Shown here one piece after another: positions 51,569 through 60,697 of a DNA stretch of 64,000 nucleotides (position 1 is its first letter; the number at the start of each line of letters is the position of its first letter). The notes beneath the pieces were generated by a model. That model was not told the DNA's origin. It saw only the letters and a list, made by a program, of their open reading frames with translations, and searched no databases. Source of the stretch: Pseudomonadota bacterium (GTDB lineage Bacteria > Pseudomonadota > Alphaproteobacteria > Rhodobacterales > Rhodobacteraceae); NCBI GenBank assembly GCA_038527375.1, contig JBCBFU010000003.1:10318-74317 (forward strand), read 5' to 3'. The translations under genes were made by a program, and so were the position numbers.

Positions 51569-52537
51569 ATGACCGCACGCGCCCTGTTTGCGTTGCCCGC
51601 GCTGCTGCTTTTACCCCTTCAGGCAACAGCCCATAACATGACTGTTGATGGGGCGAGCACCCTGTTTGACACGGCCCAGTTGGTGGGCGAGCCGAAGATG
51701 GTGGATTGCACTCTGTCTGGCGGGGCGGAAACGACCTGTGTTTCGATCACGGTCAAGCCCGCGCCGACCGCGTATGAGCCCGGACCGTGGTGCCCGTCCA
51801 ATATCTCGGACGGCGCGGATGCGGGCGGGATCTGGCTCGAAGGGGGCGAAGTCTATGACGTGGACGGTGCGTTCATCGCGAACCTCGCCGAATTCTATGA
51901 CGATCCGAACTGGCAGCTCTTCGACCCCGAAACCGGCGAGATCAACGTGACCGAAACGCTTGAGGCGTTCGAGGCCGCGGCCCGTCCCGATGTGGCGGAG
52001 GAATACCAGAACTACTGCGTCGAAGGGCAAATGAGCTTTGTCGATGACGCGCTGACCATGACCTATGTGATCCCGCTAGAGCCTGTGGCGGCCGACAGCC
52101 CCAGCACCCGGCAGGACAATGCGGGCGTCGCGTTCAATGGCGTGCGTCTGGATGCCCCCGCACCGACCGAGGCGATCCTGGGCGCCTATACAATCGCGGC
52201 CTTTGACGATTGCGGCGGCCATGTGAACCCGTTTGTGGGCTATCATTACCACGCGGTGACCGACTGTCAGGAGCAGGCGCATGGCGGCGACCACGCGGCG
52301 CTGATTGGTGTGGCGATGGACGGTTATCTGATTTACGCGCACGAGCTGGCGGATGGCTCGGCCCCCGCAGATCTGGATGCGTGCTACGGGCACGAGACCG
52401 ATGCCGAAGGCTATCACTATCACGCAGGCGCGGCGGGCTCGAACCAGATCCTCGGGTGTCACAGGGCGCAGGTGGGCTGTTCGTCGACCGACCCGGATGC
52501 CGTGTGCGACGCCACCGCGCGGCGCGGTCGTCCCTGA
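51569..52537 (+). CDS. Secreted YHYH-domain protein
   Basis: 322 aa with a signal peptide. GYHYHAV and GYHYHAG motifs and many cysteines. A TAGGAG Shine-Dalgarno lies upstream. Confidence 0.65.
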   Translation: MTARALFALPALLLLPLQATAHNMTVDGASTLFDTAQLVGEPKMVDCTLSGGAETTCVSITVKPAPTAYEPGPWCPSNISDGADAGGIWLEGGEVYDVDGAFIANLAEFYDDPNWQLFDPETGEINVTETLEAFEAAARPDVAEEYQNYCVEGQMSFVDDALTMTYVIPLEPVAADSPSTRQDNAGVAFNGVRLDAPAPTEAILGAYTIAAFDDCGGHVNPFVGYHYHAVTDCQEQAHGGDHAALIGVAMDGYLIYAHELADGSAPADLDACYGHETDAEGYHYHAGAAGSNQILGCHRAQVGCSSTDPDAVCDATARRGRP

Positions 52538-52561
52538 TCGACGGCGTCTCTGGACGGGGTC

Positions 52562-53437
52562 CTAGAACACCGCGTGGGCGCCGCGATCATCGGTGATCTG
52601 ACCGCGCACAAGGGCGCGGTAGTGGTCGGCAAGCGTGTCTTGGCCGAACTCTGGCGTGGCGTCCGCGTCATAGCGGGTGCCATCCCAAACCAGCATGCTT
52701 TCGGTGGCGTAATAATGCCCGATGCGGGCCAGTTGTGACTTGGTGCGCAGGCCGATGAGGCCGAGGCCGGTGGCGATAGTGGTCAGAAGGCGGGGCGGGA
52801 CGTGTTTTATGGGGACGTCTTGGCCCAGTGCCTCCGATAACATCGCGGCTTGGTCGAGCGGGGTGATCGCGGGGCCGGGGCCGCCGATGGGCAAGATGCG
52901 ACCCTGCATCGCGGGGTCGTCCAGCGCGCGCACGAGGTAGGAACCAAGGTCGCGGTCGCTGATGGGTTTGCACGCCGTCAGCGTGCCATCGCCGAAGACG
53001 AGGAACGGTTTGCCTGCGCGCACGCGGTCGATCTGGCCCGACAGGCTTTTGAAGAAGGCCGTCGGGCGGATGATGGAGTAGGTGAGGCCGGAGGATTGAA
53101 GCTCGGCCTCGAAGGCGAGCTTGGCCTGTTGGAAGGCGAGTTTGGGCTTCTGCACGCAGATGGCGGAAAGAAGGACAAATTGGCCGACGCCCGCATCCTG
53201 CGCCGCTGTCAGTGCCGCGCTGTTGAGCGCATGGTCCACATGCCACGCGTCTTTGGGCGTTCCGGTGCGCGAGGCGAGGCACGAGATTACGGCATCCGCG
53301 CCTGACATGTGCGGTGCTAGATCCGCAAACGCCGCACGATCTGGCGTTCTTACCGCATAGCCCGCGCTGCGCAGGGCCTGCGCGGTAGCTTTTCCGATGG
53401 TTCCAGAGGCCCCGAGAAGCGTGATCGTTGACGTCAT
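52562..53437 (-). CDS. NAD(P)H-binding (NmrA/atypical SDR-like) protein
   Basis: 291 aa with LLGASGTIGKA, an N-terminal Rossmann motif. Confidence 0.75.
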   Translation of the reverse strand: MTSTITLLGASGTIGKATAQALRSAGYAVRTPDRAAFADLAPHMSGADAVISCLASRTGTPKDAWHVDHALNSAALTAAQDAGVGQFVLLSAICVQKPKLAFQQAKLAFEAELQSSGLTYSIIRPTAFFKSLSGQIDRVRAGKPFLVFGDGTLTACKPISDRDLGSYLVRALDDPAMQGRILPIGGPGPAITPLDQAAMLSEALGQDVPIKHVPPRLLTTIATGLGLIGLRTKSQLARIGHYYATESMLVWDGTRYDADATPEFGQDTLADHYRALVRGQITDDRGAHAVF

Positions 53438-53575
53438 CCTGTCAGACTAGGCGGACATTTCGGGCGCGGAAAGGCGGGGGTGCCGTTTTGCATGAGAAAA
53501 AATGAAGAAAAAAATCATTCAAAAACAAGGCGATAAATAGTTCTCGCGATTTTCTAGGAATTTTTATCCCGCAGA

Positions 53576-53602
53576 TGTCGATTGAAGCCCTCCCGGTTCG
53601 TC
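53576..53602 (+). promoter_or_regulatory. Candidate ECF42-type promoter (TGTCGA-17 nt-CGTC)
   Basis: TGTCGA at 53576-53581 and CGTC at 53599-53602, about 55 bp upstream of the SRPBCC-DGPF-sigma operon. Confidence 0.5.
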
Positions 53603-53656
53603 ATGGGGGTGAAGGCGCTAAGGACCTTCGCAACCGGACACAGAGGAGACAGTCCA

Positions 53657-54169
53657 ATGACCATCGCAACCACAGCCGCCATCGCCGCAGGTGTTATCGC
53701 TCTCGCCGCCGCAGGCACCCAGTTCTTGCCCCGCAACGTCGAAGTCGAACGCACCGCCCACGTGGCGCTGAGCCCCGAACAGGTTCTGGAAATGGCCGCA
53801 TCGACCGACGGCTACCAAGCCTTCAACCCCTACGCGTCCACCGATGCGAACCTGCAGATCGACCCGTTTGGCCCCGCCGCTGGCGTGGGATCGGGTTTCG
53901 CCTTCAAGGGCAAGGACGGCAAAGGCACGCAGACGGTGGCCGCAGTGACCGCCGACATGGTGACCTATCACATCGACATGGGCGCGTTGGGCAAACCCGT
54001 ACAGACGATCAAGGCCGTTCCTGCCGAAGGCGGCGCGACCGTGACCTGGACCGTCTACAGCGACATGGGCGTGAACCCGGTCTTCCGTGTGTTCGGCCTG
54101 TTTATGGACGGGATGATGGGCAAGGTCTTTGAACAAGGTCTTGCAAACATGAACGAAACCGCCGTCTGA
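53657..54169 (+). CDS. SRPBCC (polyketide cyclase/dehydrase-like) family protein with an N-terminal hydrophobic segment
   Basis: 170 aa from MTIATTAAIAAGVIALAAAG. An AGGAGA Shine-Dalgarno lies upstream. Confidence 0.6.
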   Translation: MTIATTAAIAAGVIALAAAGTQFLPRNVEVERTAHVALSPEQVLEMAASTDGYQAFNPYASTDANLQIDPFGPAAGVGSGFAFKGKDGKGTQTVAAVTADMVTYHIDMGALGKPVQTIKAVPAEGGATVTWTVYSDMGVNPVFRVFGLFMDGMMGKVFEQGLANMNETAV

Positions 54170-54196
54170 TCGGCTTAGTGAAGAGGAGTTCACACC

Positions 54197-54553
54197 ATGC
54201 AATATACTTTCTTGCTTTATTCCAACCCCGCCGACTTTGCACATATGGGCCCCGAAGACTGGGCGCGCGAGCAACAAGCCTATCAAGCCTATATTGGCGC
54301 GTTGCAGGAGGCCGGGGTCTTTGTCGCAACCGATTGGCTGCAACCGGCGCAGACGGCCACGACGCTGACATTGAAGGGCGGCGAGAAGCAGATCCAGGAC
54401 GGTCCGTTCGCCGAGACCAAGGAAACGCTGGGCGGGTCCTTCACCATCAAGGTGGCTGATCTGGATGCCGCGCTGGAATGGGCCGAGAAATGCCCGGCGG
54501 CCCGGCTGGGCAAGGTCGAAATCCGCGCTTCGGCCATGCCTGAAGATGGCTGA
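54197..54553 (+). CDS. YciI-related DGPF-domain protein
   Basis: 118 aa containing the literal DGPF motif (IQDGPFAETKE). An AGAGGAG Shine-Dalgarno lies upstream. Confidence 0.85.
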   Translation: MQYTFLLYSNPADFAHMGPEDWAREQQAYQAYIGALQEAGVFVATDWLQPAQTATTLTLKGGEKQIQDGPFAETKETLGGSFTIKVADLDAALEWAEKCPAARLGKVEIRASAMPEDG

Positions 54554-55754
54554 GACCCAACAAGCGGCGCGCGCCGAAGATGTTGCGCGCGCCGCCTATG
54601 GCAAGCTTCTCGCCATCCTCGCCAAGCGCGGGGGTGGCGACATCATGGCTGCCGAAGATGCGCTTGCGGATGCTTTTGAGAAGGCCCTGACGCTCTGGCC
54701 CCGCGATGGCGTTCCGCAAAACCCGACAGCATGGCTGTTGACCGTTGCCAAGAACCGCCAGACCGACGTGGCCCGGCGTGGCGCGCGAATGGTCGCCGCT
54801 GATGAGGTCCCCGAGATGGAAGCCCCCGACACCACCCAAGAGGACATCCCCGACGACCGCCTGCGTCTGATGTTCGTCTGTGCCCACCCGGCCATTGATG
54901 CAGGCGTCCACACTCCGTTGATGTTGCAGACCGTGCTGGGGCTGGAGGCGGACGCGATTGCCCGCGCCTTCCTCGTGTCGCCTTCGGCCATGGCCCAGCG
55001 GTTGGTGCGGGCCAAGACCAAGATCAAGGCGGCGGGCATCCCGTTTGTCCTGCCCGACGAAACGGACCTGCCCGCACGATCGGGCGCCGTGCGCGAGGCG
55101 ATTTATGGTGCGTTTTCGGTCGATTGGCTGGAAGACGCCGCCGACCTGACGCGGGAGGCGCTGTTTCTGGCCGCGACCCTCGTGGACCTGAACCCGGGCG
55201 ACCCAGAGGCCAAGGGCCTTGCCGCGCTGATCGCGTTTTCCGCATCGCGGGCCGAGGCCCGTGTGGTGGATGGCGCGTTGGTCCCGGTCCACGAACAGGA
55301 CACAGGCCGCTGGAACCAGACGCTGGTGGACCGCGCCGCGCGCTGGCTGACCGAGGCCGCCGAGGCGCGCCAGCTCGGCCGGTTTCAGTTGGAGGCCGCG
55401 ATCCAGGCCGTGCACGCCGCGCGGTCCGTGACCGGTCGGACCGACTGGCGCGCGCTCTCGCAGCTATATGTGGGGCTGACCGCGCTTGCCCCGTCCATCG
55501 GGGCTGCTGTCGCGCAGGCGGCGGTGGTGGCCGAAGATGCAGGGCCCCAGCAGGGTCTGGCTATGCTCGCGCGGATCGCGCCGGATGACATCGCGACATT
55601 CCAACCGGCATGGGCCGTGCGGGCGCATTGCCTTGCGGGGATGGGTGACACGCAAGGGGCCTTTGCGGCCTATGACAAGGCGATCTCGCTGGCCACGTAT
55701 CCGCCCGCCCGCGTGTTTTTGGAGCGCAAACGGGCGGCGCTGCCCCTGAGTTGA
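54546..55754 (+). CDS. ECF-type RNA polymerase sigma factor with a long C-terminal extension (ECF42-like)
   Basis: 402 aa. The sigma2/sigma4 regions occupy the first 180 aa or so (PTAWLLTVAKNRQTD). An Ala-rich helical extension of about 220 aa follows. The start overlaps the DGPF gene. Confidence 0.8.
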   Translation: MAETQQAARAEDVARAAYGKLLAILAKRGGGDIMAAEDALADAFEKALTLWPRDGVPQNPTAWLLTVAKNRQTDVARRGARMVAADEVPEMEAPDTTQEDIPDDRLRLMFVCAHPAIDAGVHTPLMLQTVLGLEADAIARAFLVSPSAMAQRLVRAKTKIKAAGIPFVLPDETDLPARSGAVREAIYGAFSVDWLEDAADLTREALFLAATLVDLNPGDPEAKGLAALIAFSASRAEARVVDGALVPVHEQDTGRWNQTLVDRAARWLTEAAEARQLGRFQLEAAIQAVHAARSVTGRTDWRALSQLYVGLTALAPSIGAAVAQAAVVAEDAGPQQGLAMLARIAPDDIATFQPAWAVRAHCLAGMGDTQGAFAAYDKAISLATYPPARVFLERKRAALPLS

Positions 55755-55760
55755 AAGGGT

Positions 55761-56474
55761 TTAGCCCGCGCGCCGGGGCATCTTGGTGATGCCAAAGGCC
55801 TTGCGTGCGGTCACAAGGCGCAGGTCCTCGGGGTCCATCCCCATCGACAGGATTGTCTGCGGATCATAGCGGTCCTTGGCGGCGTCGCGGTCATAGGGCG
55901 TGCCCATCAGGCGGTCGATCCACCCCATGCCAAAGCTCACGTGAAAGACGCTGTCATGATCGTTGAAGTGGTGGCGCAGGTGGCTTTGCGTGACGCGCTT
56001 GCCGAACCACCCCTTGGGCACGTTCAGATGGGCCAGGGTGTGGCAGTATTCATAGAAGGTGAAGGCCGAGACCGAGCCGACAAAGATTGCCACGGCAGGA
56101 AAGATGAGGGCGCTTTGTAACCCCACGAGGGGCCACAGGATGACCGCGTGCAGGGCCAGCGAGGTCAGCCCGAAGCGCACGGCATACCAGTGATCGCCCC
56201 CGGTAAAGAACTCGGGGTCCGCGGGAAATTCGTGGTGACCGATATGGGAGCGGTAGAGCTCGTTAAAGGTCCCTTGATCGGTCGGAGGCTCCCGGTGCAG
56301 CAGGAACCGGTGCATCAGGTATTCGACAAAAAATTGCAGGATGACGCCGTAGGCCAGCGCGAGGAGCATCCAAGGGCTCCAAAACATCCCCATCAAAACG
56401 AGACCGGCCAGCCAGAAGGGCAAGAGGCGGTGCAGGCTGCCCATGTTCATCAGGACGCGCAGGGTTGCGATCAT
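55761..56474 (-). CDS. Fatty acid hydroxylase/sterol desaturase family membrane protein
   Basis: 237 aa with histidine boxes HRFLLH, HIGHH and HLRHH. Confidence 0.8.
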   Translation of the reverse strand: MIATLRVLMNMGSLHRLLPFWLAGLVLMGMFWSPWMLLALAYGVILQFFVEYLMHRFLLHREPPTDQGTFNELYRSHIGHHEFPADPEFFTGGDHWYAVRFGLTSLALHAVILWPLVGLQSALIFPAVAIFVGSVSAFTFYEYCHTLAHLNVPKGWFGKRVTQSHLRHHFNDHDSVFHVSFGMGWIDRLMGTPYDRDAAKDRYDPQTILSMGMDPEDLRLVTARKAFGITKMPRRAG

Positions 56475-56497
56475 GGTGGTCTCCTTTTGGCGCAATG

Positions 56498-57394
56498 CTA
56501 GGCCATCGTGGCGGCGTCGGGCAAATGGGACGCTGCGGCATCCAGCAGGTCTGCCAGCACGGGATGCGGGAAGCTGCGACGTTTGGTGATGGCATAAAAC
56601 CTCTCGCGCACGCCCAGATCGAAGGGAGCGGTGACAATGCGGCCCGATGCGATTTCGTCCGCCAGAACAACCGCGGGGGCCAGCGCCACGCCCGCATCTT
56701 CGCGGGTCAAAAGGCGCACCATGGCCATATCGTCGACCTCGGCCAGGATCGTGGGCGTGACGTTCAACCGGTCCGCCAGCGCCGCGAGGGCGGATTTGAG
56801 CGCGGGATCACTGGGCAGGATGAGCGGCTGGGACCGGAGCAGCGCCGCAAGGTCGGGGTGGTCCATACGGGATGGGGCGCCATGCAGCGCCACGGCCTGT
56901 TCGGCCACCCGGCGCGAGACGAGGTCGCCCGTCGCATCAACCACGGGTTCCGTGGTCAGCACGATGTCGAGGTTGAGGTCGCGCAGGTCCGACAACAGGT
57001 CCGTGGCCAGACCGGACCGCAGCACGACCTGCAGGCCATCCTGCGCCAAGGCGGGGCGCAGCATGCGCATCTGAAAGTTGCGCGATAGGGTCGATTGCGC
57101 GCCCGCGCGCAGGGGTGGCATCGCCTCGGTCTGGCCGTTCAGGACGGCGAGCAGGTCATCCCCGGTCTCAAAAATCCGGTCCGCGTGATCAAGCGCGATG
57201 CGCCCCACCTCGGTCAGTTCCAACCGGCGTCCGATGCGGTTGAACAGCGGATGGCCCAGCCGCGCCTCGAGCTGTTTGATTTGCGAGGACAGTGCCGATT
57301 GCGACAGGTTCAACTGCTCCGCCGCGCGGGTCAGGTGCCCGGTATGGGCGACCTCGCGAAAGTATCTCAGATGGTGGTAGTTCAGGCTGCTCAT
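56498..57394 (-). CDS. LysR-family transcriptional regulator
   Basis: 298 aa. N-terminal HTH LNYHHLRYFREVAHTGHLTRAAEQLNLSQSALSSQIKQLE. Confidence 0.9.
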   Translation of the reverse strand: MSSLNYHHLRYFREVAHTGHLTRAAEQLNLSQSALSSQIKQLEARLGHPLFNRIGRRLELTEVGRIALDHADRIFETGDDLLAVLNGQTEAMPPLRAGAQSTLSRNFQMRMLRPALAQDGLQVVLRSGLATDLLSDLRDLNLDIVLTTEPVVDATGDLVSRRVAEQAVALHGAPSRMDHPDLAALLRSQPLILPSDPALKSALAALADRLNVTPTILAEVDDMAMVRLLTREDAGVALAPAVVLADEIASGRIVTAPFDLGVRERFYAITKRRSFPHPVLADLLDAAASHLPDAATMA

Positions 57395-57489
57395 GTTCGA
57401 TTATTTAGAACGGTTTGTGAGAATACTACTATTTTTCATCTCAATTTGGCGCGCCTAAGTCCCCTTGCAGATTCAAGGCGGAGGCGAAG

Positions 57490-58542
57490 ATGGACCTGAT
57501 GATCGAGATTGCCACGACCCTCGTGGCGCAGCTGCAAAAGCCGACGCTGGCCTTTCTGATCGGGGGTATGGTCTTGGCGGCCGTAGGCTCCAAGTTCGAA
57601 GTACCCGAACCCGTCTACAAGTTCATCGTGATCGTGCTGCTCTTGAAGGTGGGGATCGGTGCGGGCATTTCGGTGCGCGAGGCCGAGTTTGCGGAATTGG
57701 TGGTTCCTGCCCTTGCAGCCATGGGTGTGGGGGTGGGGATCGTGGCGCTGGGTGCTGTGACCTTGGCGCGGTTGCCGGGTGTGGGCGCGACGGATGGTTT
57801 GGCGACGGCGGGTCTCTTTGGTGCTGTGTCGGCCTCGACGCTTGCGGCGGCGATGGCTGTGCTGGACGGCGAGGGGATCGCCTATGAGGGCTTCATCGGG
57901 GCGCTTTATCCGTTCATGGACGTGGCGGCCTTGGTCATGGCGATTGTCCTTGCCCGGCTGGCGCAGGCGCGCAAGGCCGCGGTGCCTGCGGCGGGTGGGA
58001 CACTGACGATGGGGCGCGGGGCCGCGGCGCCGGTGCTCACCCGGGGTTTGGTGCGCGGGATCATGGTCGACACGCTGCGGAGCCCTGCGATTTCCGCGCT
58101 GCTTCTGGGGCTGGCGCTGGGCCTCTTTGCGCGGCCCGATGCGGTTTACGAGACGTTCTATGAGCCGCTCTATCGGGGTCTGTTATCGATCCTGATGCTG
58201 ATCATGGGGATGGAGGCGTGGTCGCGCCTGTCCGAGTTGAAGGGCGTGGCCCATGCCTATTTGATCTATGGTCTGACCGCGCCGCTGGTGCACGGGATGC
58301 TGGGCTTTGGGGCGGGGCTGGTGGCCCATCACGTCACGGGGTTTTCGGCCGGTGGTGTGGTTCTGCTGGCGGTGATGGCCGCGTCGAGTTCGGACATCTC
58401 AGGGCCGCCGACGATGCGGGCCGCAGTGCCCGAGGCCAACCCGTCCGCCTATGTGGGGGCCTCCACCGGGCTGGGCACGCCCATCGCGATCCTGTCGATC
58501 CCCTTGTGGATGGCGCTGGCGGATCGCTTCATCGGGCTATGA
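57490..58542 (+). CDS. Sodium-dependent bicarbonate transporter family permease (SbtA/DUF897-like)
   Basis: 350 aa, polytopic, divergent from the LysR gene. The N-terminus PTLAFLIGGMVLAAVGS...LLLKVGIGAG resembles the SbtA family. Confidence 0.65.
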   Translation: MDLMIEIATTLVAQLQKPTLAFLIGGMVLAAVGSKFEVPEPVYKFIVIVLLLKVGIGAGISVREAEFAELVVPALAAMGVGVGIVALGAVTLARLPGVGATDGLATAGLFGAVSASTLAAAMAVLDGEGIAYEGFIGALYPFMDVAALVMAIVLARLAQARKAAVPAAGGTLTMGRGAAAPVLTRGLVRGIMVDTLRSPAISALLLGLALGLFARPDAVYETFYEPLYRGLLSILMLIMGMEAWSRLSELKGVAHAYLIYGLTAPLVHGMLGFGAGLVAHHVTGFSAGGVVLLAVMAASSSDISGPPTMRAAVPEANPSAYVGASTGLGTPIAILSIPLWMALADRFIGL

Positions 58543-58556
58543 GTGTGAGCGGACAT

Positions 58557-58590
58557 GAAAAAGGCCGCGTCAGATGTGACGCGGCCTTTT
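58557..58590. terminator. Bidirectional rho-independent terminator (SbtA-like gene / rpsO)
   Basis: AAAAAA-GGCCGCGTCA-GATG-TGACGCGGCC-TTTT. Confidence 0.85.
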
Positions 58591-58611
58591 CTAGGTCTCT
58601 GGTGCGCTGAC

Positions 58612-58881
58612 TTAGCGGCGCAGGCCCAGACGCTTGATGAGGTCTTGGTAGCGCGCCTCATCCTTGGCTTTGGTGTAGTCCAGCAGCTTGCGGCGCTGGG
58701 CGACCATTTTCAGAAGGCCACGGCGACCGTGGTTGTCCTTCTTGTGGGTCTTGAAGTGTTCGGTCAGCGTCGCGATGCGCGAGCTGAGGATGGCAACCTG
58801 AACTTCGGGCGAACCGGTGTCGCCTTCTTTGGTGCCATATTCCTTGATCAGACGATCTTTTTCTTCGGGCGTAATCGACAT
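58612..58881 (-). CDS. rpsO: 30S ribosomal protein S15
   Basis: 89 aa, [33 protein letters not shown]...[12 protein letters not shown]. Confidence 0.97.
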   Translation of the reverse strand: MSITPEEKDRLIKEYGTKEGDTGSPEVQVAILSSRIATLTEHFKTHKKDNHGRRGLLKMVAQRRKLLDYTKAKDEARYQDLIKRLGLRR

Positions 58882-59098
58882 CGGGGTCTCCTAAGGTTGA
58901 AGGTGATGGCGCAGGCCGGGATGTCGTCCAGCAAGGCCCATGGAGGGTTCCGCAGCATCTGCTACGTGAAGCGCGCGTATACGCGCCGTTTCCGCGTTTG
59001 AAAAGCCCAAAGGCAAAGCGTCTGCCCAGCAGCGCGCATAGGTGGCACAGGGCCGGCGTTCGCTGCCCGTGTTTGGCGCGCGCGGCAGCGGTCTGGCG

Positions 59099-60583
59099 TC
59101 AGGCGGACATGTCGTAGGCCTGCGATTGCCCGATCAGGGTGATGTCGTCGGCGGTCAGGGCGCCCGCGTTCTGGAGGGACAGAATCGTTTCGCCGCCGAG
59201 CGACACATGGGTCACACCGGGCAGATTCGGGTCCTCGGCGATTTCCACGGACGGGTCTTCCAGCGCTGCATCGTCATAGACCACGACCAACTTATCCTCG
59301 GCCATGTCGAAATCCTGCACGATCGCAGCCCCTTGCATCCAGTGGCCCACGACCAGCGTATCCTCGCCCTCGCCCAGTGTGATGTGGTCATAGCTGCCCG
59401 CGATAACGCCATCGTCCCCGTCCCCGGCATTCAGGAAATCGCCGGTATCAGTGTCGATCCCGTCTGCCGACAGGGTGGTGCCCACAAGGATATCATCGCC
59501 TGTGCCCGCAAACAGCGTGTCCTGCCCGGCCCCGCCGATCAGCACGTCATTACCGGCCCCGCCCTGCAGCCCGTCATTGCCGTCGCCGCCAAAGAGGGTG
59601 TCGTCGCCAGAGCCGCCGTTCAACAGGTCGCTGCCCGCGCCACCGGTCAGCTGGTCATTGCCCAGATGACCAAAGAGCGCGTCGTTCCCGATGCCCCCAT
59701 CGGCGCTGTCGTTTCCGTTTTCGCCGTGGAGTTCGTCATTGCCGCTATCGCCCAGCAGGGTGTCGTCACCGTCGCCGCCAAAGGCAAAATCGTCGCCCGC
59801 GCCCGCGTCGATCAGGTCATCGCCGCCGCCACCGCCCAGTTCATCAACGCCGCCGAGGCCCAGAAGGTTGTCGTCACCGTCGCCGCCCACCAGACGCTCG
59901 CCCGACGCGTCGCCGATGATCGTCGTTCCGGTGGCTGTGTCCGCCTCTGCGTCTGTGTCTTGTGGAACACCACCCGATTGCGCGCCTGCGTCCATGCCGG
60001 GTCCCGCGTCAGCGAGGGACACGCCCGTGGACAGATCAAAGCCCTGCCCGTCGGCACCCCCCGGAGCATCGCCCGGAGCAACAGATGGACCCGCGCCCAG
60101 ATCAAGGCCCACATCGGGACCCTCGCCGCCAGTGGCCAGAGTGTCGAGGTCGGCAAGCGCGTCGAGATCATCCAGAAGATCATCCGCGCTCGATCCCGTG
60201 ACTTCCTCCGTGTCATCGAGAAGCCCCGCGCCCGCGTCCATCCCCAGATCAGCAGCGCCGTCCAAGGTGCCGCTGGCCATGTCCTGTACGTCACCGGCCA
60301 CATCCGCAGCCAGATCGACAACGCCCGCATCGCCAATCAGGCTGCCGGTCGTCGGATCGTCGATGGCGGGGACACCCGCGTTGCCTTCGCCGTCCGTCCC
60401 ATCGTCGCTGTCGTCAAACAGGGCATCGAGCGACGCAAAGCCGGGCGCGGAGCTGGCGTCGCTGTCAAACGCGTCGTCCGCGTGTCCCGCGTCCTCATCC
60501 TCGCCGCCCTCGTCGGACCCCAGTGGGCCAACAAAGGCTGCGCCCATCATCATGACGCCCAGAAGGCTTGCCAACATCAACAT
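59099..60583 (-). CDS. Highly acidic calcium-binding RTX-repeat (hemolysin-type) protein
   Basis: About 494 aa from [19 protein letters not shown]. About 15 GGxGxD nonapeptide repeats ([24 protein letters not shown]), preceded by an Asp/Gly/Ala-rich region of about 230 aa. Confidence 0.8.
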   Translation of the reverse strand: MLMLASLLGVMMMGAAFVGPLGSDEGGEDEDAGHADDAFDSDASSAPGFASLDALFDDSDDGTDGEGNAGVPAIDDPTTGSLIGDAGVVDLAADVAGDVQDMASGTLDGAADLGMDAGAGLLDDTEEVTGSSADDLLDDLDALADLDTLATGGEGPDVGLDLGAGPSVAPGDAPGGADGQGFDLSTGVSLADAGPGMDAGAQSGGVPQDTDAEADTATGTTIIGDASGERLVGGDGDDNLLGLGGVDELGGGGGDDLIDAGAGDDFAFGGDGDDTLLGDSGNDELHGENGNDSADGGIGNDALFGHLGNDQLTGGAGSDLLNGGSGDDTLFGGDGNDGLQGGAGNDVLIGGAGQDTLFAGTGDDILVGTTLSADGIDTDTGDFLNAGDGDDGVIAGSYDHITLGEGEDTLVVGHWMQGAAIVQDFDMAEDKLVVVYDDAALEDPSVEIAEDPNLPGVTHVSLGGETILSLQNAGALTADDITLIGQSQAYDMSA

Positions 60584-60697
60584 ACGTGCACCTACGAAAC
60601 CCAAACGTTCCCGCCGGGCTATACCGCAGGGCACATGAACAATCGCTGAACATCGCAAGGTATGGTTAACGCAGGCGGCCCCGTTCGACGGCAGGGC

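Noticed and set aside
59042-60649. 535-aa and 315-aa plus-strand ORFs across the RTX locus
   Set aside because: These are alternate-frame or antisense readings of the repetitive GGxGxD-coding DNA. Only the minus-strand frame gives canonical calcium-binding nonapeptides.
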